A stretch of 64,000 nt of DNA from a virus (IMGVR_UViG_2928716645_000002:43985-107984), one strand, 5' to 3'; positions 25,921 through 36,124 are shown, numbered from the stretch's first letter. Translations and numbers: made by a program. The notes: generated from the letters alone by a model not told the origin.

Positions 25921-27084
25921 TCACCGCAGCTCCAGCTTGTCGGCCACGGCACGCAGCAGCGGGACCTTGACACCGAGCAGGCGCGCCGCATCCCGGTACA
26001 GGGTGTGGCCCTCGAACGTGGCGTTGATCACAGCCCTGGTGAACAGCGAGCCGTTACGCGAACGAAGGGTGACGTAGAAGTCGCCGCCGCCTTCATCGCC
26101 GCCGCTGTCCCGCTGCCGAAAGCGGGCAAACTCGCGTCGATACATCTCGTCGATTTCGCGTTGGTCGACGTCGAGCAGATCGGATGCCCGCCGCAGCAGC
26201 ACCAGCGAACTCACCCGATAGCGCCGCACCAGATGGCCGATGTTGGCCTCGATGCTGACCTTGTAATTCCAGTGACGACGCAAGCTTTCCGCCGGCACGA
26301 GCACCTCGGCCGCGACGGCGTTACAGAACTGCTCGGTCCTGGCCTCTTGCCGCTGGCTCTGCGCCAGCTCGACGTTCGATATCCCGGTGGTGCCGATCCA
26401 CAGGTGTGCTATCTCGTGCGCGAGCGTGAATATCTGTGCGGCTTTCGCGTCTCGGCCGTTGATGAATACGAGCGGCGCCACCTTGTCCGCGATGGCGAAG
26501 CCACGGAATTCGTCGACGGACAGCGCGCGGTGAGTGTTGTTGCCCACTATCCCGCTGCGCATTACCATGATGCCCGCCGCCTCGGCCTGGCGGATGAATA
26601 GGCGTAGGAAATCCTCCCAGCTGCTCGCCTCCGCCCGCATGGCCTCATCGATCTTGAGCACCTCGACGATACTGCGCGCTACCTCGTTCGAGTCGCTCCT
26701 GATCGTGAAGGCGCCCACGAAGCCCAGCGGCTCGGCGCCCTCTTGCTGCCGGTAGTCCCGGTACCATTCATGCTTCCGGATGATGTCGTTGACCAGGTCG
26801 TTGAAGTCGACGCTAGGCCGCCGCAACTCGGCATTGCCCACGGTCCGCAGATCCGGCAACGCGAACTCGTCCGCCGGCGGACTCTGCAGAAACAGGTAGC
26901 CGAACGGAATTCGCAGGACGTTCGCTAGGGTCTGCGCCTGCTTGAATGTTGGCTTGGCCTCGCCGCTCTCCCATGCATCGAGGCGGTCCGGCTTCACGCC
27001 GAGCCTTCCCGCCACGTCCTCCGGCGCGAGCTTCGATCGCTCGCGCGCCCAGCGCAGAACTTCCGGTGTGATGAGCGCTTCCAT
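25921..27084 (-). CDS. XRE-HTH fused to an ImmA/IrrE metallopeptidase
   Basis: N-terminal HTH, FTLAHEIAH (HExxH) and EQFCNAVAAEVL. Confidence 0.93.
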   Translation of the reverse strand: MEALITPEVLRWARERSKLAPEDVAGRLGVKPDRLDAWESGEAKPTFKQAQTLANVLRIPFGYLFLQSPPADEFALPDLRTVGNAELRRPSVDFNDLVNDIIRKHEWYRDYRQQEGAEPLGFVGAFTIRSDSNEVARSIVEVLKIDEAMRAEASSWEDFLRLFIRQAEAAGIMVMRSGIVGNNTHRALSVDEFRGFAIADKVAPLVFINGRDAKAAQIFTLAHEIAHLWIGTTGISNVELAQSQRQEARTEQFCNAVAAEVLVPAESLRRHWNYKVSIEANIGHLVRRYRVSSLVLLRRASDLLDVDQREIDEMYRREFARFRQRDSGGDEGGGDFYVTLRSRNGSLFTRAVINATFEGHTLYRDAARLLGVKVPLLRAVADKLELR

Positions 27085-27180
27085 TGCAGTTGGTTAACTG
27101 TTCCCGGGCCGGCCTGCCACCCCGCGGCCGCGCCAACCGTCGCACGAATTCGTTAACGGCTCAACGTCCCGCCGGGCACG

Positions 27181-27205
27181 AAAAAGCCCGAGCCAGGCCC
27201 GGGCT
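27181..27205 (-). terminator. Intrinsic terminator downstream of dnaB
   Basis: AGCCCGGGC-CTG-GCTCGGGCT-TTTT on the minus strand. Confidence 0.7.
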
Positions 27206-27301
27206 GCATTGCGCGCCCTTGCGGGATCGGGCCGCTGGCCCTGCTCCACACGATGCGGACCACGGCCTGCTATGGTCGGACGGGGGTGACTTAATTATAA
27301 G

Positions 27302-28732
27302 TCAAAACGGTATCTCCTCTCTGTTTGCGCTTCCTCCGAACAGCATCCGCGGCCCGTTGAAGTCGATTTCCTTCCACTTGCTGCCGGTACCGCTGCGGTT
27401 CTTGAAGACGGCGAAGGCCGCCTTGTCTTTCCAGATGTCGTATTCCCTCAGCCAGCGATCGCGCTGCTCGCGGCCTTTCGGGTTGTCTTCCGAAGCCGGC
27501 TCCGGCTCGTTGTCGCGGAGCCAGATCTTTGGGATCGTCAGGCCGATGATGACGTCGCTGTTCTCGACGATGAGGCCGCCGCCGTAGATGTCGCCGCTTC
27601 CGAATTTCCAGCTTGGTGCCCGCTGCCCCTCTCGGGTCAACTGCGCGAGTTGCCAGACGACACCGTCGAGCTCCTTGGCGAGATCCTTCGTGTAGGCCGA
27701 CGCATATTCGACCGTCCGCACAACGTTCCAATGCTCCTGTTCCGGTTCGACCAGCTTCAGGTGATCAATGCAGAACTGTCTCACGCCGTACCGCCGCTTC
27801 GCCTTCCGGAACTCGTTGCCGATCTGCTTGATCGTCATCCGGCTGCGGTCCTGGACCCAGACCTTGATCGACTCGAGCTGTTCCCTCGCCCGCCGGATGT
27901 CGAGGAATTCCTTCTGGTTGAAGTCGCCGCTGATCTGCTTCTTGACCGAGACGCCCGACAGCGATGCGATGTCACGATATGCGATCTGCTCCGCGGACAT
28001 CTCGAGGCTGAGCGAAAAGCCCGGGAAAATGCTGGTCTCATCCAAAGACGGTCCGGCGTTGTCGCGCAGGATCTGCGCCATCAATGCCGATTTGCCGTGT
28101 CCCGACGGGGCGGCCAGCGTGACAGTAGTCCCACCAACGATCGGTCCGAGAACCTCGTCCAATTCCGGGATCTTGGTGAGCACGCCGACGGCTCGTTTGC
28201 CCTGATGTTCGTAGGCCTCGCCCGCCTTCGCCATCGCGCTTCCGGCTGCGTCGCCGAGCGCAACGGCGTGCCGCACCCGGTCGTGGTCGTCGACGACACG
28301 GAGCAGGTCGTCGATCTCCTGGCGCGTTTGGTCGAAGGTCTTACCCGGCGCCGTGGCTACCTTGCCGAGCTCGACGCGAGCCCGCTCTCGCCAAGCCAAC
28401 ACGACGTCGTCGACGAAGTCGAGCGCACTGCCGACGTCCGCGGCCTTCTCGATCAAGATCTGGAGCACGGCCTCGGTATCGCCGACACCTTCGAACTCGG
28501 TCGGCAGCTTGGCCTCGAGCAGCGACAGAGCCGGTCCGGCACCGTTCAGGCAACAATCCTCGACCGCGGAGAAGATCAGACGATGGTGCGGCACCGTGAA
28601 CTGGTCCGCCGACACGCGATCCGAGACGGCCCAGAAAGTCTCGGCCGACCCTAGAATTTTTCCAATGATCGCCTCTTCGGCCCGAACGTTTTGGGTCGGC
28701 TTGGCGGTTTGCGCGACAGGCTTACGGCTCAA
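27302..28732 (-). CDS. dnaB: DnaB-like replicative helicase
   Basis: APSGHGKS, SLEMS, IDHLKL, LAQLTR and KNRSG motifs. Confidence 0.92.
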   Translation of the reverse strand: MSRKPVAQTAKPTQNVRAEEAIIGKILGSAETFWAVSDRVSADQFTVPHHRLIFSAVEDCCLNGAGPALSLLEAKLPTEFEGVGDTEAVLQILIEKAADVGSALDFVDDVVLAWRERARVELGKVATAPGKTFDQTRQEIDDLLRVVDDHDRVRHAVALGDAAGSAMAKAGEAYEHQGKRAVGVLTKIPELDEVLGPIVGGTTVTLAAPSGHGKSALMAQILRDNAGPSLDETSIFPGFSLSLEMSAEQIAYRDIASLSGVSVKKQISGDFNQKEFLDIRRAREQLESIKVWVQDRSRMTIKQIGNEFRKAKRRYGVRQFCIDHLKLVEPEQEHWNVVRTVEYASAYTKDLAKELDGVVWQLAQLTREGQRAPSWKFGSGDIYGGGLIVENSDVIIGLTIPKIWLRDNEPEPASEDNPKGREQRDRWLREYDIWKDKAAFAVFKNRSGTGSKWKEIDFNGPRMLFGGSANREEIPF

Positions 28733-29820
28733 ACGATTGTCTCCCGGCGCAGGCGCGCATTCCAGATGTCGAGATAGTCGCTACGCATGCGCGGTTCCGG
28801 CTGGCTGTCGTGCAGCTTGCCGATCGCGACCATGCGTTCATGAAGTTTCCGCACCGCGGCGCGGCCGGCGGGCTCGGCGAGGATCAGGTCGCCGTCCTGG
28901 CGGCGCCATGGCTTGTCGCCGTCGGGGAAAGATGTGATCCGCTCCACCTCGATCGGCGGCTCGAGTCCGGCGACTCCGCTGGTGCTGAGGCCGGCCCAGA
29001 CCGGGCGCCGATACTTGATCAGCGCGCGCGCGGCGAGACAGGTCTCCAGCCCCTCGCCCAACCCGATATGCGGCGCGACCCCGCCGATACGAACGGCGCC
29101 GCCGGCCGCGACGCCGGTACCGATCTTTGCCTTGTCGACCGGCGCCTTTGCCGCCTTTGCCGGGTCAAGGTGGACTTTCCAGATGGCAGTCAGGTCACCG
29201 AACACGTCATCAACGCGGGCAACTAGCGTCGGAAACGCGAGCCGATCGTCGAGGTCATAGAAGACGCGGCCGTGAAAACGCAGACAATCGTCCCAGCCAC
29301 CGGGGGGGACCGGAATCCCGCGTGCGATCAAATAGGCCTCGGCATGAGTACCGGCGATCGCGACGCTCTCGGCCCAGATGCCGGCCGCCGTGGCCTGGCG
29401 TGCGCGGGCGTGCTCCTCGGCGCGGCGCTCGTCGGCAGCCCGCTTCTCCGCGGCATCTGCCTCGCGATCCTCTCGCCTCCTCCGCTCTTCGGGGGTTTCC
29501 TCGCGGGCGCGATCGAGCCCGACGAACTCGCGCGCGCGGTCGAAGACCTCGGCGTCAGCCCTGTGGTTGCCGGTCATACCATACGCAAACAGGTTGATCT
29601 CGTCGCCGCCGATGCTTGCCGAACTCCTGACCCAGCTGCCGCGGTGATATTTCCCGACCGTTCCCAGATAGACTTGGAATGAGCCGAGGTCACCTTTCAC
29701 GCCGGGAGCGCAATAAGCGATCTTGCCGCGGGTCTTGTACCCCTTCCAGAAGTGGTCGAGGACACGCTCCAACTGCTCGTTGAGGCGTTTCTTGATCTCG
29801 GCTGTATCTTCTCGAGTCAT
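28729..29820 (-). CDS. TOPRIM primase-like protein
   Basis: YLIARGI, GEGLET and FPDGD motifs. Confidence 0.85.
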   Translation of the reverse strand: MTREDTAEIKKRLNEQLERVLDHFWKGYKTRGKIAYCAPGVKGDLGSFQVYLGTVGKYHRGSWVRSSASIGGDEINLFAYGMTGNHRADAEVFDRAREFVGLDRAREETPEERRRREDREADAAEKRAADERRAEEHARARQATAAGIWAESVAIAGTHAEAYLIARGIPVPPGGWDDCLRFHGRVFYDLDDRLAFPTLVARVDDVFGDLTAIWKVHLDPAKAAKAPVDKAKIGTGVAAGGAVRIGGVAPHIGLGEGLETCLAARALIKYRRPVWAGLSTSGVAGLEPPIEVERITSFPDGDKPWRRQDGDLILAEPAGRAAVRKLHERMVAIGKLHDSQPEPRMRSDYLDIWNARLRRETIV

Positions 29821-30173
29821 GCCTCGACCTTCGGCCGGCGGCGCGGCGCGTCCTCGGCACCGAACGCCGCCTTGATGGTCACGTCGTCCTTGATCCGGTG
29901 CCACAGCACGTTGGCCGCCGTCCAAGTCCGCTGCCACGCGCTGAAGAATTTGGCTCGCTTCGCGGAGCGCTCGATCGCGTTGCCGCGCTTGTCATAGCGG
30001 CGCTGAAACCACCTCGCCCGCGCACGCAACTGCTTGTGGCGATTCCGCATAGCCAGGTCGCCCATACGCCAGTGACGCCCGCACATAATAGAGACCCCTT
30101 CGGCGTCCTCGCTGGCTTCGCGCTTGAACGTCCGCCCGCAGCCCGGGATGCAGCATCTGATGCGATCCGTCAC
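29817..30173 (-). CDS. Hypothetical Cys/His-containing protein
   Basis: CCIPGC..CGRHW; coupled overlaps with neighbours. Confidence 0.7.
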   Translation of the reverse strand: MTDRIRCCIPGCGRTFKREASEDAEGVSIMCGRHWRMGDLAMRNRHKQLRARARWFQRRYDKRGNAIERSAKRAKFFSAWQRTWTAANVLWHRIKDDVTIKAAFGAEDAPRRRPKVEA

Positions 30174-30988
30174 AGAAGATTCTCCTGCTTCGGCTCCTGC
30201 GCGGCGACCGGCGGCGGTGCTAAGGGATCGGCCGGCTTCCAGTGATCGAAGTCGACCGCGATCTCTTCATAGACGCGCGGGTGTTGCGCCTTGAAGTTCG
30301 GGAAACCCACGGCGGCGCGATAGACGCCTCGATCGAGAACGAGCCAGCCGGCGCCGGAAGGCAACCAGCGGCGGTGATCGATGTTGATGTGCTTGAAATC
30401 GGCCCGGACTAGGAAGCCACGCTTCTCCAGAATGATCGCGATCTTGATGGCGGCGATCTTCCAGCTGGTTAGTTGGACCGGTGACGGAGCGCCTGGATCA
30501 ACGTCGGGCACGTAATCCGGTAGCATGTGCCGCTTCGCCGGCGCCCACTCGAACCATTCCGGATCATTCACGCCGTGGCGATCGCCGGGCAACTCGGGCT
30601 CAAACGGCTTCGGCTTGTAGCCCAAGTAAAAGGCTTTCGCCTTCTTCTCTCTGATCTGCTCCTCCGATTGCACGTAAATGATGGTGAGGCCGATGTACTT
30701 GCAGATCCGGCCAAACCCGCCCTGTGAATCCGCTGGCACGAGTACGGCGCGGCAATCCGGGCCGGCGCGATCGGCGGAGAACGATCCGTATTCCTCAAGC
30801 GCCTGGCTGATGACTTCAGTGTTCAGTCGAAGCTTCGCCTCGACGCCGATCTGGAATCCGTCCACCCTGCGCACCAGCAGGATGTCCCAGCCACACGTCT
30901 CGGGGTAAGCGGTCCATCCCTCGGGTAGCGAGGAGATGAACCGCTTGCACAATTCCACTTCGGTGGCGAATGGCTTCAGTTTCGGCAT
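30170..30988 (-). CDS. Putative PD-(D/E)xK nuclease-like protein
   Basis: YPE..WDILLV..GVEAK. Confidence 0.55.
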   Translation of the reverse strand: MPKLKPFATEVELCKRFISSLPEGWTAYPETCGWDILLVRRVDGFQIGVEAKLRLNTEVISQALEEYGSFSADRAGPDCRAVLVPADSQGGFGRICKYIGLTIIYVQSEEQIREKKAKAFYLGYKPKPFEPELPGDRHGVNDPEWFEWAPAKRHMLPDYVPDVDPGAPSPVQLTSWKIAAIKIAIILEKRGFLVRADFKHINIDHRRWLPSGAGWLVLDRGVYRAAVGFPNFKAQHPRVYEEIAVDFDHWKPADPLAPPPVAAQEPKQENLL

Positions 30989-33405
30989 CAGAGTACAGGT
31001 GCGGCCATGAGCGCGGCCGCGACCGGCCGAACCCAAATCGGTGTTGATCCCATCATGAAGGTCTGGCCCGACCAGGCGGCGAGTAGCGTGGTGCCGCAGA
31101 CACCAGCGATCGCCTGTGCCGCCGGCGGCGGAACCATGTTGCCGATGCGCTCGCGCCACGCGGAATCTGAGGCGCCGTCGAGCACCAGCAGATTGTTCAT
31201 GCGTTCAACGTGCGCGGCCCATTCGGGATCGAGCGGGTCGAGCGACAGGACCGACCGTTCCGCTTCATCGTCGAGGTCGACGAGGCCCTGAAGCGCGGCG
31301 AGCTCGAGCGTCGTGAAGGGACGATGCCAGGTGCCATCGAGCGCCCGGATGACACAGACCAGCTTGTCGTTGGCGCTTGGGAGCTTGTCCCATGGCGCCG
31401 GTTCGCTGGCGGGGCCGTTGCCGGTCTCGCGCGGGTCGGCGACTGACCACGGCCCGTTGTTGTTCTTGGCATGGGCCGGCACGGCACCGCTGTGCTGGTC
31501 CCACGGCACGACGCCGTAGTGACCGCCGGTGAGGTACACGTCACGTTTCTCGTCCGACAGCGCTTCTGGGCGGGGGTCAGCCACTGCGAAGGCGCCGTTC
31601 GTCGGATGAGTTTCGCCCGCCACGACGCCGGCATGGCCATTCCATTCCTTCACGCCGAGCGACGAATTGCGCGCGCCGTCGGCAAGCCGCGGGTCCGCAA
31701 CCGAAAGCGCACCGCTAGCCGGGTGCGTCGATGACGTCACCGCGCCGCCGTGTTGTCTCCACTCGGTGACCTTCAGGACGTGATTGTGCGTGGCTGCACC
31801 AAACCCGGGCCGCGGATCTGCGACCGCTCCGGCACCCGAGGCCACCTGCTGCGAGCCGGTGACGGGCCTGGCGTGCTCGGTCCAGCCCGTGACGCGTTCC
31901 TTCGAGCTCGACGCGTCGGGATGCCAGTTGAGGTGGCGCGGATCGGCGACCGCGAAGGCGCCATTCCCGGTGATCGAGGCGCCGATGACGGCGCCAGTTG
32001 CTTCATCGAACCCGGTGACGCGGTACTTGGTCTGCTTGTAATCGTCGCGCTGCGCCGGGCGCGGATCCGCGACGGCCAGCCCACCGCCGGCACCGCCAGG
32101 TCCGGCGACTGCTGGCGATGCCTCCGGCCACGACACGATGCGGAACGACGAGTTGAAGACCTTCCGCTCGAGCCGCGGGTCGGCGACCGCATAGCGGCCG
32201 GTGCCGACCGAGACGTCGCCCTTCACGACAGCCGAAGGCTGGTCCCAATGGCCGACGCCCATCTGGACACTCTTCCCGTGGCCGTCGATGCGAGGGTCGG
32301 CGACCGACTGAGCATGGCCGGCCGGGCTTCGCTGCGTCGTGATCGCTGCAGCCGTTCCCTTCCAGCCATTCACCCGGAGCGAGCTGAAATCCTGCGCGCG
32401 GATCTCGCGCGGATCGGCGACGCTGAAAGCCCCGGTCGTGGGATTGGCCCGGCCCGTTACCGTACCGGACGTTTCATCCCAGCGTCGAACGCCGAGCACC
32501 CCCCTATGCCACTCCTCATCGGGCACGATGCCGAAATCGCGCAGATGGCCGTCCTGCACCGCGAGATCGTTCAGCGATCGCCAGTCCGCGCCGGCTCTCA
32601 CGAAGGCAAGCCGCACCCACGTCTTCCATTGCAGCGACGGCATCCGGTGCATCGGCCCGCCGAGACCCGGGATGATGCCCGGGATCGGCAGCTTCTCGAG
32701 GATCTCGCCGACTCCGCGCAACGGATGCTTGACCGGCTCGTAAAGGAACGTCGGGATCTTGGCGACATACCTCGCGACCAACAGGAAGCGCTTCCGACTC
32801 TGACCAAGATGGCCGATCTCGCCGCAGTCGTGCGTCGTTTCGGCAACGGCATAACCATAGGCGCGCAGCAGCGCCACGATCTGGTCGAGGAGATGCCGAC
32901 CCCGGGTTGCGATGCGCGGGACGTTCTCGAAGACGACGAGCTCGACGGGATCGTCCTTGTACGCCTCAAGCATCAGCCATATACCGCGGAGCGTCAGGCC
33001 GTTTAGTGCCTGGTATTTCCGCGTGGCAGAGATCTTCTCGGACAGAAGACCGGAAAAGCCTTTGCACGGCGCAGACAGGAAACAGATGTGCGGGCGCTGG
33101 TCACCAAATGCGCGGCGAATGTCGATCGGCCCGCGCTCGACCCAACCGGCCGGCGGCTCGTGCCCGCAGAAATCGCGGTATTGCTCACGCGAGAACAGAT
33201 CCATGCACGTCGCCGGCACGCCGGCCATGTACTTCGATCCAAAATCGCGACAGGCAGCGGCATCGCTATCGATGCCACCAAGGCAGTTGAACCTCGCAAC
33301 AAGGTTCCCCACCCTGGCATGCCCCATATTGAAGCCCTTGGCGCCGCCGCCGCTGCCACAGAACAGGTGAGCGTGATTGATATCGACTTGGAGGAGCGGC
33401 TGCAT
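30988..33405 (-). CDS. C5 cytosine DNA methyltransferase with internal repeats
   Basis: LFCGSGG, APCKGFS, FENV, QSRKR and IGNMVPP motifs; nine VADPR repeats. Confidence 0.93.
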   Translation of the reverse strand: MQPLLQVDINHAHLFCGSGGGAKGFNMGHARVGNLVARFNCLGGIDSDAAACRDFGSKYMAGVPATCMDLFSREQYRDFCGHEPPAGWVERGPIDIRRAFGDQRPHICFLSAPCKGFSGLLSEKISATRKYQALNGLTLRGIWLMLEAYKDDPVELVVFENVPRIATRGRHLLDQIVALLRAYGYAVAETTHDCGEIGHLGQSRKRFLLVARYVAKIPTFLYEPVKHPLRGVGEILEKLPIPGIIPGLGGPMHRMPSLQWKTWVRLAFVRAGADWRSLNDLAVQDGHLRDFGIVPDEEWHRGVLGVRRWDETSGTVTGRANPTTGAFSVADPREIRAQDFSSLRVNGWKGTAAAITTQRSPAGHAQSVADPRIDGHGKSVQMGVGHWDQPSAVVKGDVSVGTGRYAVADPRLERKVFNSSFRIVSWPEASPAVAGPGGAGGGLAVADPRPAQRDDYKQTKYRVTGFDEATGAVIGASITGNGAFAVADPRHLNWHPDASSSKERVTGWTEHARPVTGSQQVASGAGAVADPRPGFGAATHNHVLKVTEWRQHGGAVTSSTHPASGALSVADPRLADGARNSSLGVKEWNGHAGVVAGETHPTNGAFAVADPRPEALSDEKRDVYLTGGHYGVVPWDQHSGAVPAHAKNNNGPWSVADPRETGNGPASEPAPWDKLPSANDKLVCVIRALDGTWHRPFTTLELAALQGLVDLDDEAERSVLSLDPLDPEWAAHVERMNNLLVLDGASDSAWRERIGNMVPPPAAQAIAGVCGTTLLAAWSGQTFMMGSTPIWVRPVAAALMAAPVL

Positions 33406-33614
33406 TAGGCCAGCGCCTCCGCAATGTCCTGGGCGAGCTCGGCAAGCGAGACCACCTTCGAAGTCGGCAAGCTCGGCACTTTCACGCCGGTCTCGAGCGC
33501 GATCGTTTCCGACATCCCGACATACTGGACGCCATGATAATCGGTGGTGCGGATGCCGTGTCGGCGCAGGACGGCGGGGAGAACCATCTCGATCTTCTTT
33601 GCATCGATCCGCAT
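33405..33614 (-). CDS. Hypothetical protein
   Basis: 69 aa; TAATG coupling. Confidence 0.6.
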   Translation of the reverse strand: MRIDAKKIEMVLPAVLRRHGIRTTDYHGVQYVGMSETIALETGVKVPSLPTSKVVSLAELAQDIAEALA

Positions 33615-33617
33615 CGG

Positions 33618-34748
33618 TCACACCCTCATCGGCATGAGGACGTAGAGCGAGTCGGCGTCGCTGCCTTTGAACAGCGTCGGCGAACCCGGATCGGCGAGAT
33701 CTACTTCCAGCGTGTCACCCTGCACTTGGGCAACAATTTCGTGGAGGTATCGACTGTTGAAGCCGATCTCCATGCTGCCCGACGCATACTCGGCGTCGAG
33801 TTCGTCTACCGCATCGCCGGCGTCCGGATTGCTGACCGTCAGCGTCACCTTTCCGTCGGCGAGAGACACCTTCACGGCGCGCCCGCGCTCGCTGGAGATC
33901 GTCGCGACACGGTCCGCCGCGGCCGAGAACTCGCTGCGCGGCACCTTCAGGACGCGATCGTTGTTCTGGGGAATGACGCGATCATAATCGGGGAAAGTCC
34001 CGTCGATCAGCTTCGACGTCAAAGTGAGGTCGCCGGCGGTGAACCGAATCTTGCCCTGGCTGAGCTCGACCTGGACTTCCTGTTCGGCGCCGCCGAACAA
34101 CTTACCCACCTCTGCGACGGTCTTCCGGGGGACGATAATACCCGGCATGCCGGTGGCGCCCTCGGGCAAATCGAGATCGAAGCGCGCCAGGCGGTGGCCG
34201 TCGGTTGCGACGCCTCGCAGCGTGTTCCGGTTCCCCTCGCGCCGAGTGTGCAGATAGATGCCGTTCAGGTAATACCGGGTCTCTTCGGTCGAGATCGCGA
34301 ATTCAACCCGCTGGATCAACCGGTGAAGGTCCGTCCCCTTCACTGAGAACGAATGCGTCAGGTCGCCGGCCTTGACGTCGGGGAAGTCGGAAGGCGGCAA
34401 TGTCTGCAGCGTCGAGCGGAAGCGTCCCGCCTTCACCGTCACGATGTTCCTGGCGTCGTCCTGCTCCAGCGTGACCTGCGACCCCGCCGGCATCTTCCGC
34501 ACAATCTCGTTGAGCAACCCGGCCGGCACCGTGGTCGAGCCCTTCGCCGCGACCTGGGCCGGCACCTTGTCGATCACCTCCAGGTCGAGGTCGGTCGCCT
34601 TCAGCAGAAGCGCATCCTGCTGAACATCGATCAGCACGTTGCTGAGAATCGGGATGGTGTTGCGTCTCTCTACAACGCGCGTGACTTTTGCCAAAATCTT
34701 GACGAGCGCGGCTTGCTCGACGATGGCTTTGAAGGATGCTTGGCTCAA
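33618..34748 (-). CDS. dnaN: DNA polymerase III beta clamp
   Basis: VERRNTIPILSNVL, ATDGHRL, SKLIDGTFPDY and YVLMPMRV; TTG start after AAAGGAG. Confidence 0.97.
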   Translation of the reverse strand: MSQASFKAIVEQAALVKILAKVTRVVERRNTIPILSNVLIDVQQDALLLKATDLDLEVIDKVPAQVAAKGSTTVPAGLLNEIVRKMPAGSQVTLEQDDARNIVTVKAGRFRSTLQTLPPSDFPDVKAGDLTHSFSVKGTDLHRLIQRVEFAISTEETRYYLNGIYLHTRREGNRNTLRGVATDGHRLARFDLDLPEGATGMPGIIVPRKTVAEVGKLFGGAEQEVQVELSQGKIRFTAGDLTLTSKLIDGTFPDYDRVIPQNNDRVLKVPRSEFSAAADRVATISSERGRAVKVSLADGKVTLTVSNPDAGDAVDELDAEYASGSMEIGFNSRYLHEIVAQVQGDTLEVDLADPGSPTLFKGSDADSLYVLMPMRV

Positions 34749-35317
34749 AACGGTGTCTCCTTTCGAGATGGGGTGAGTGTCGGTTCGAAGAGATCGCCGC
34801 GCGGCGCTGCGAAGCGCGGATCCAGATGGCCGCGAAGCCACCAGGCCACGCCGAGGCTCTCGGCGGCGTCGAGGGATGTGATGTTTCGGTCGATCAGTTG
34901 GGCGTAGCCCAGCGACGTCTCCTTGGTGGCGCGCCCATTGCCGGTGAAGGCCTTCCGCCACGTCCCCTGGTTGACGTAGATGAACGGGACATCATGGGCG
35001 GCGAAGACCTCCTCGGCGATCGCGCACAGCCCGTAGATCCGCTGGAATGTCTTCATCGGCGGACGCGTCGCCGCCGGCTCGGGGTTCTCCTCTGTTGGCT
35101 TCCCCTTGAGCTCGATGTCGGTACGCAGCGGCTCTTCGGCCGCGCCGTGCTTGACCTGATTGTCCTTGATGATCTGGTAGAGCGTCTTCCGGAAATGCCG
35201 GAACACCTGTCCAGAATTCTTGCCCTCCCAATGGAAGGCCCGAGTCCAGACATAGCGTTCGCCGTCAAGCAGCGTGATGCCGGTCGTCGTCGCTATGTCG
35301 AGGCCCAGGATCTTCAT
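34745..35317 (-). CDS. RuvC-like Holliday junction resolvase
   Basis: ILGLDIAT, AAEEP, TGNGRATK and DAAES motifs. Confidence 0.8.
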   Translation of the reverse strand: MKILGLDIATTTGITLLDGERYVWTRAFHWEGKNSGQVFRHFRKTLYQIIKDNQVKHGAAEEPLRTDIELKGKPTEENPEPAATRPPMKTFQRIYGLCAIAEEVFAAHDVPFIYVNQGTWRKAFTGNGRATKETSLGYAQLIDRNITSLDAAESLGVAWWLRGHLDPRFAAPRGDLFEPTLTPSRKETPF

Positions 35318-35322
35318 CGCGA

Positions 35323-35514
35323 TCAGACCGCCGCCTCGATGGCGGACTCATCGAACCACGCTTCGGTCTGCCGGTTGTCGCCAGCGCGATACCGGACGAG
35401 ATAGCTGTTGGCATGGTCGAGATACTCGGTACGGCCAATCACCGTGCTCTGCTCGTTGCTATCGACCATCTTCACGGTCGACTTCAGTTCGTACAAAAAC
35501 GGTTTACCCTTCAC
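35323..35514 (-). CDS. Hypothetical protein
   Basis: 63 aa; AGGAG SD. Confidence 0.65.
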   Translation of the reverse strand: MKGKPFLYELKSTVKMVDSNEQSTVIGRTEYLDHANSYLVRYRAGDNRQTEAWFDESAIEAAV

Positions 35515-35566
35515 TTCTCTCTCCTGTGGTTTGCGTCAGCGGAATTGCTGCGCGTCGTCCGAATGG

Positions 35567-36124
35567 TCAGGCCTCGTCGCCGTCATCGCCCTTCGGCTGC
35601 TCGCCGCCCTCCGGCGCCGGCGGCGGCATCGACAGCACGTGATCGCGCTCGGACCGCGCATCGCGGAAGGCGGCAAGCCATGCCTGTCCCTTGAGCGAGC
35701 CGATCTCGTACGGGTTGTCGGTTTCTTTCGAGCCAGGCTCGCTATCGAGGCGGAAGCCGGCGGCGCGGCCCTCGAGCTTCGCCCGCTCGTCCTCGGGCGT
35801 CGGGCCCACGCCGGCCATGCCGAACAGTTCGAACTGCCGCGGGCTCAGCACTTTGCCGAGGTACCCAACGTAGATGCCGGCTTTGCGGACCTTCTCGCAG
35901 AACGCGTCGATGGCCTCGTCGCCGCCCGCAACAAGTTCAAGCGCGAGCTTGGCCGCATCATTGTGCAGGCCCTGCGCCTGGGTCTGGGCATAGGTCCCAC
36001 GGAGCTTGTTCTTCGCGGTGTTGTTGACTTCGTTCTGCGCGGCCGCCTCGGCTTGCGCGTTTCGGATCCGCGAGAGGTTGGCGGAATCGAGGGCGGCTTG
36101 TGCGGGTTCGTTTGGCTTCGACAT
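35567..36124 (-). CDS. Hypothetical protein with a C-terminal Rmf-like motif
   Basis: Helical N-terminus; EGRAAG..NPY..QAWL. Confidence 0.6.
   Translation of the reverse strand: MSKPNEPAQAALDSANLSRIRNAQAEAAAQNEVNNTAKNKLRGTYAQTQAQGLHNDAAKLALELVAGGDEAIDAFCEKVRKAGIYVGYLGKVLSPRQFELFGMAGVGPTPEDERAKLEGRAAGFRLDSEPGSKETDNPYEIGSLKGQAWLAAFRDARSERDHVLSMPPPAPEGGEQPKGDDGDEA

Noticed and set aside
31430-32510. Methyltransferase repeats as a DGR template/variable repeat pair
   Set aside because: There is no reverse transcriptase, and divergence is not adenine-specific.
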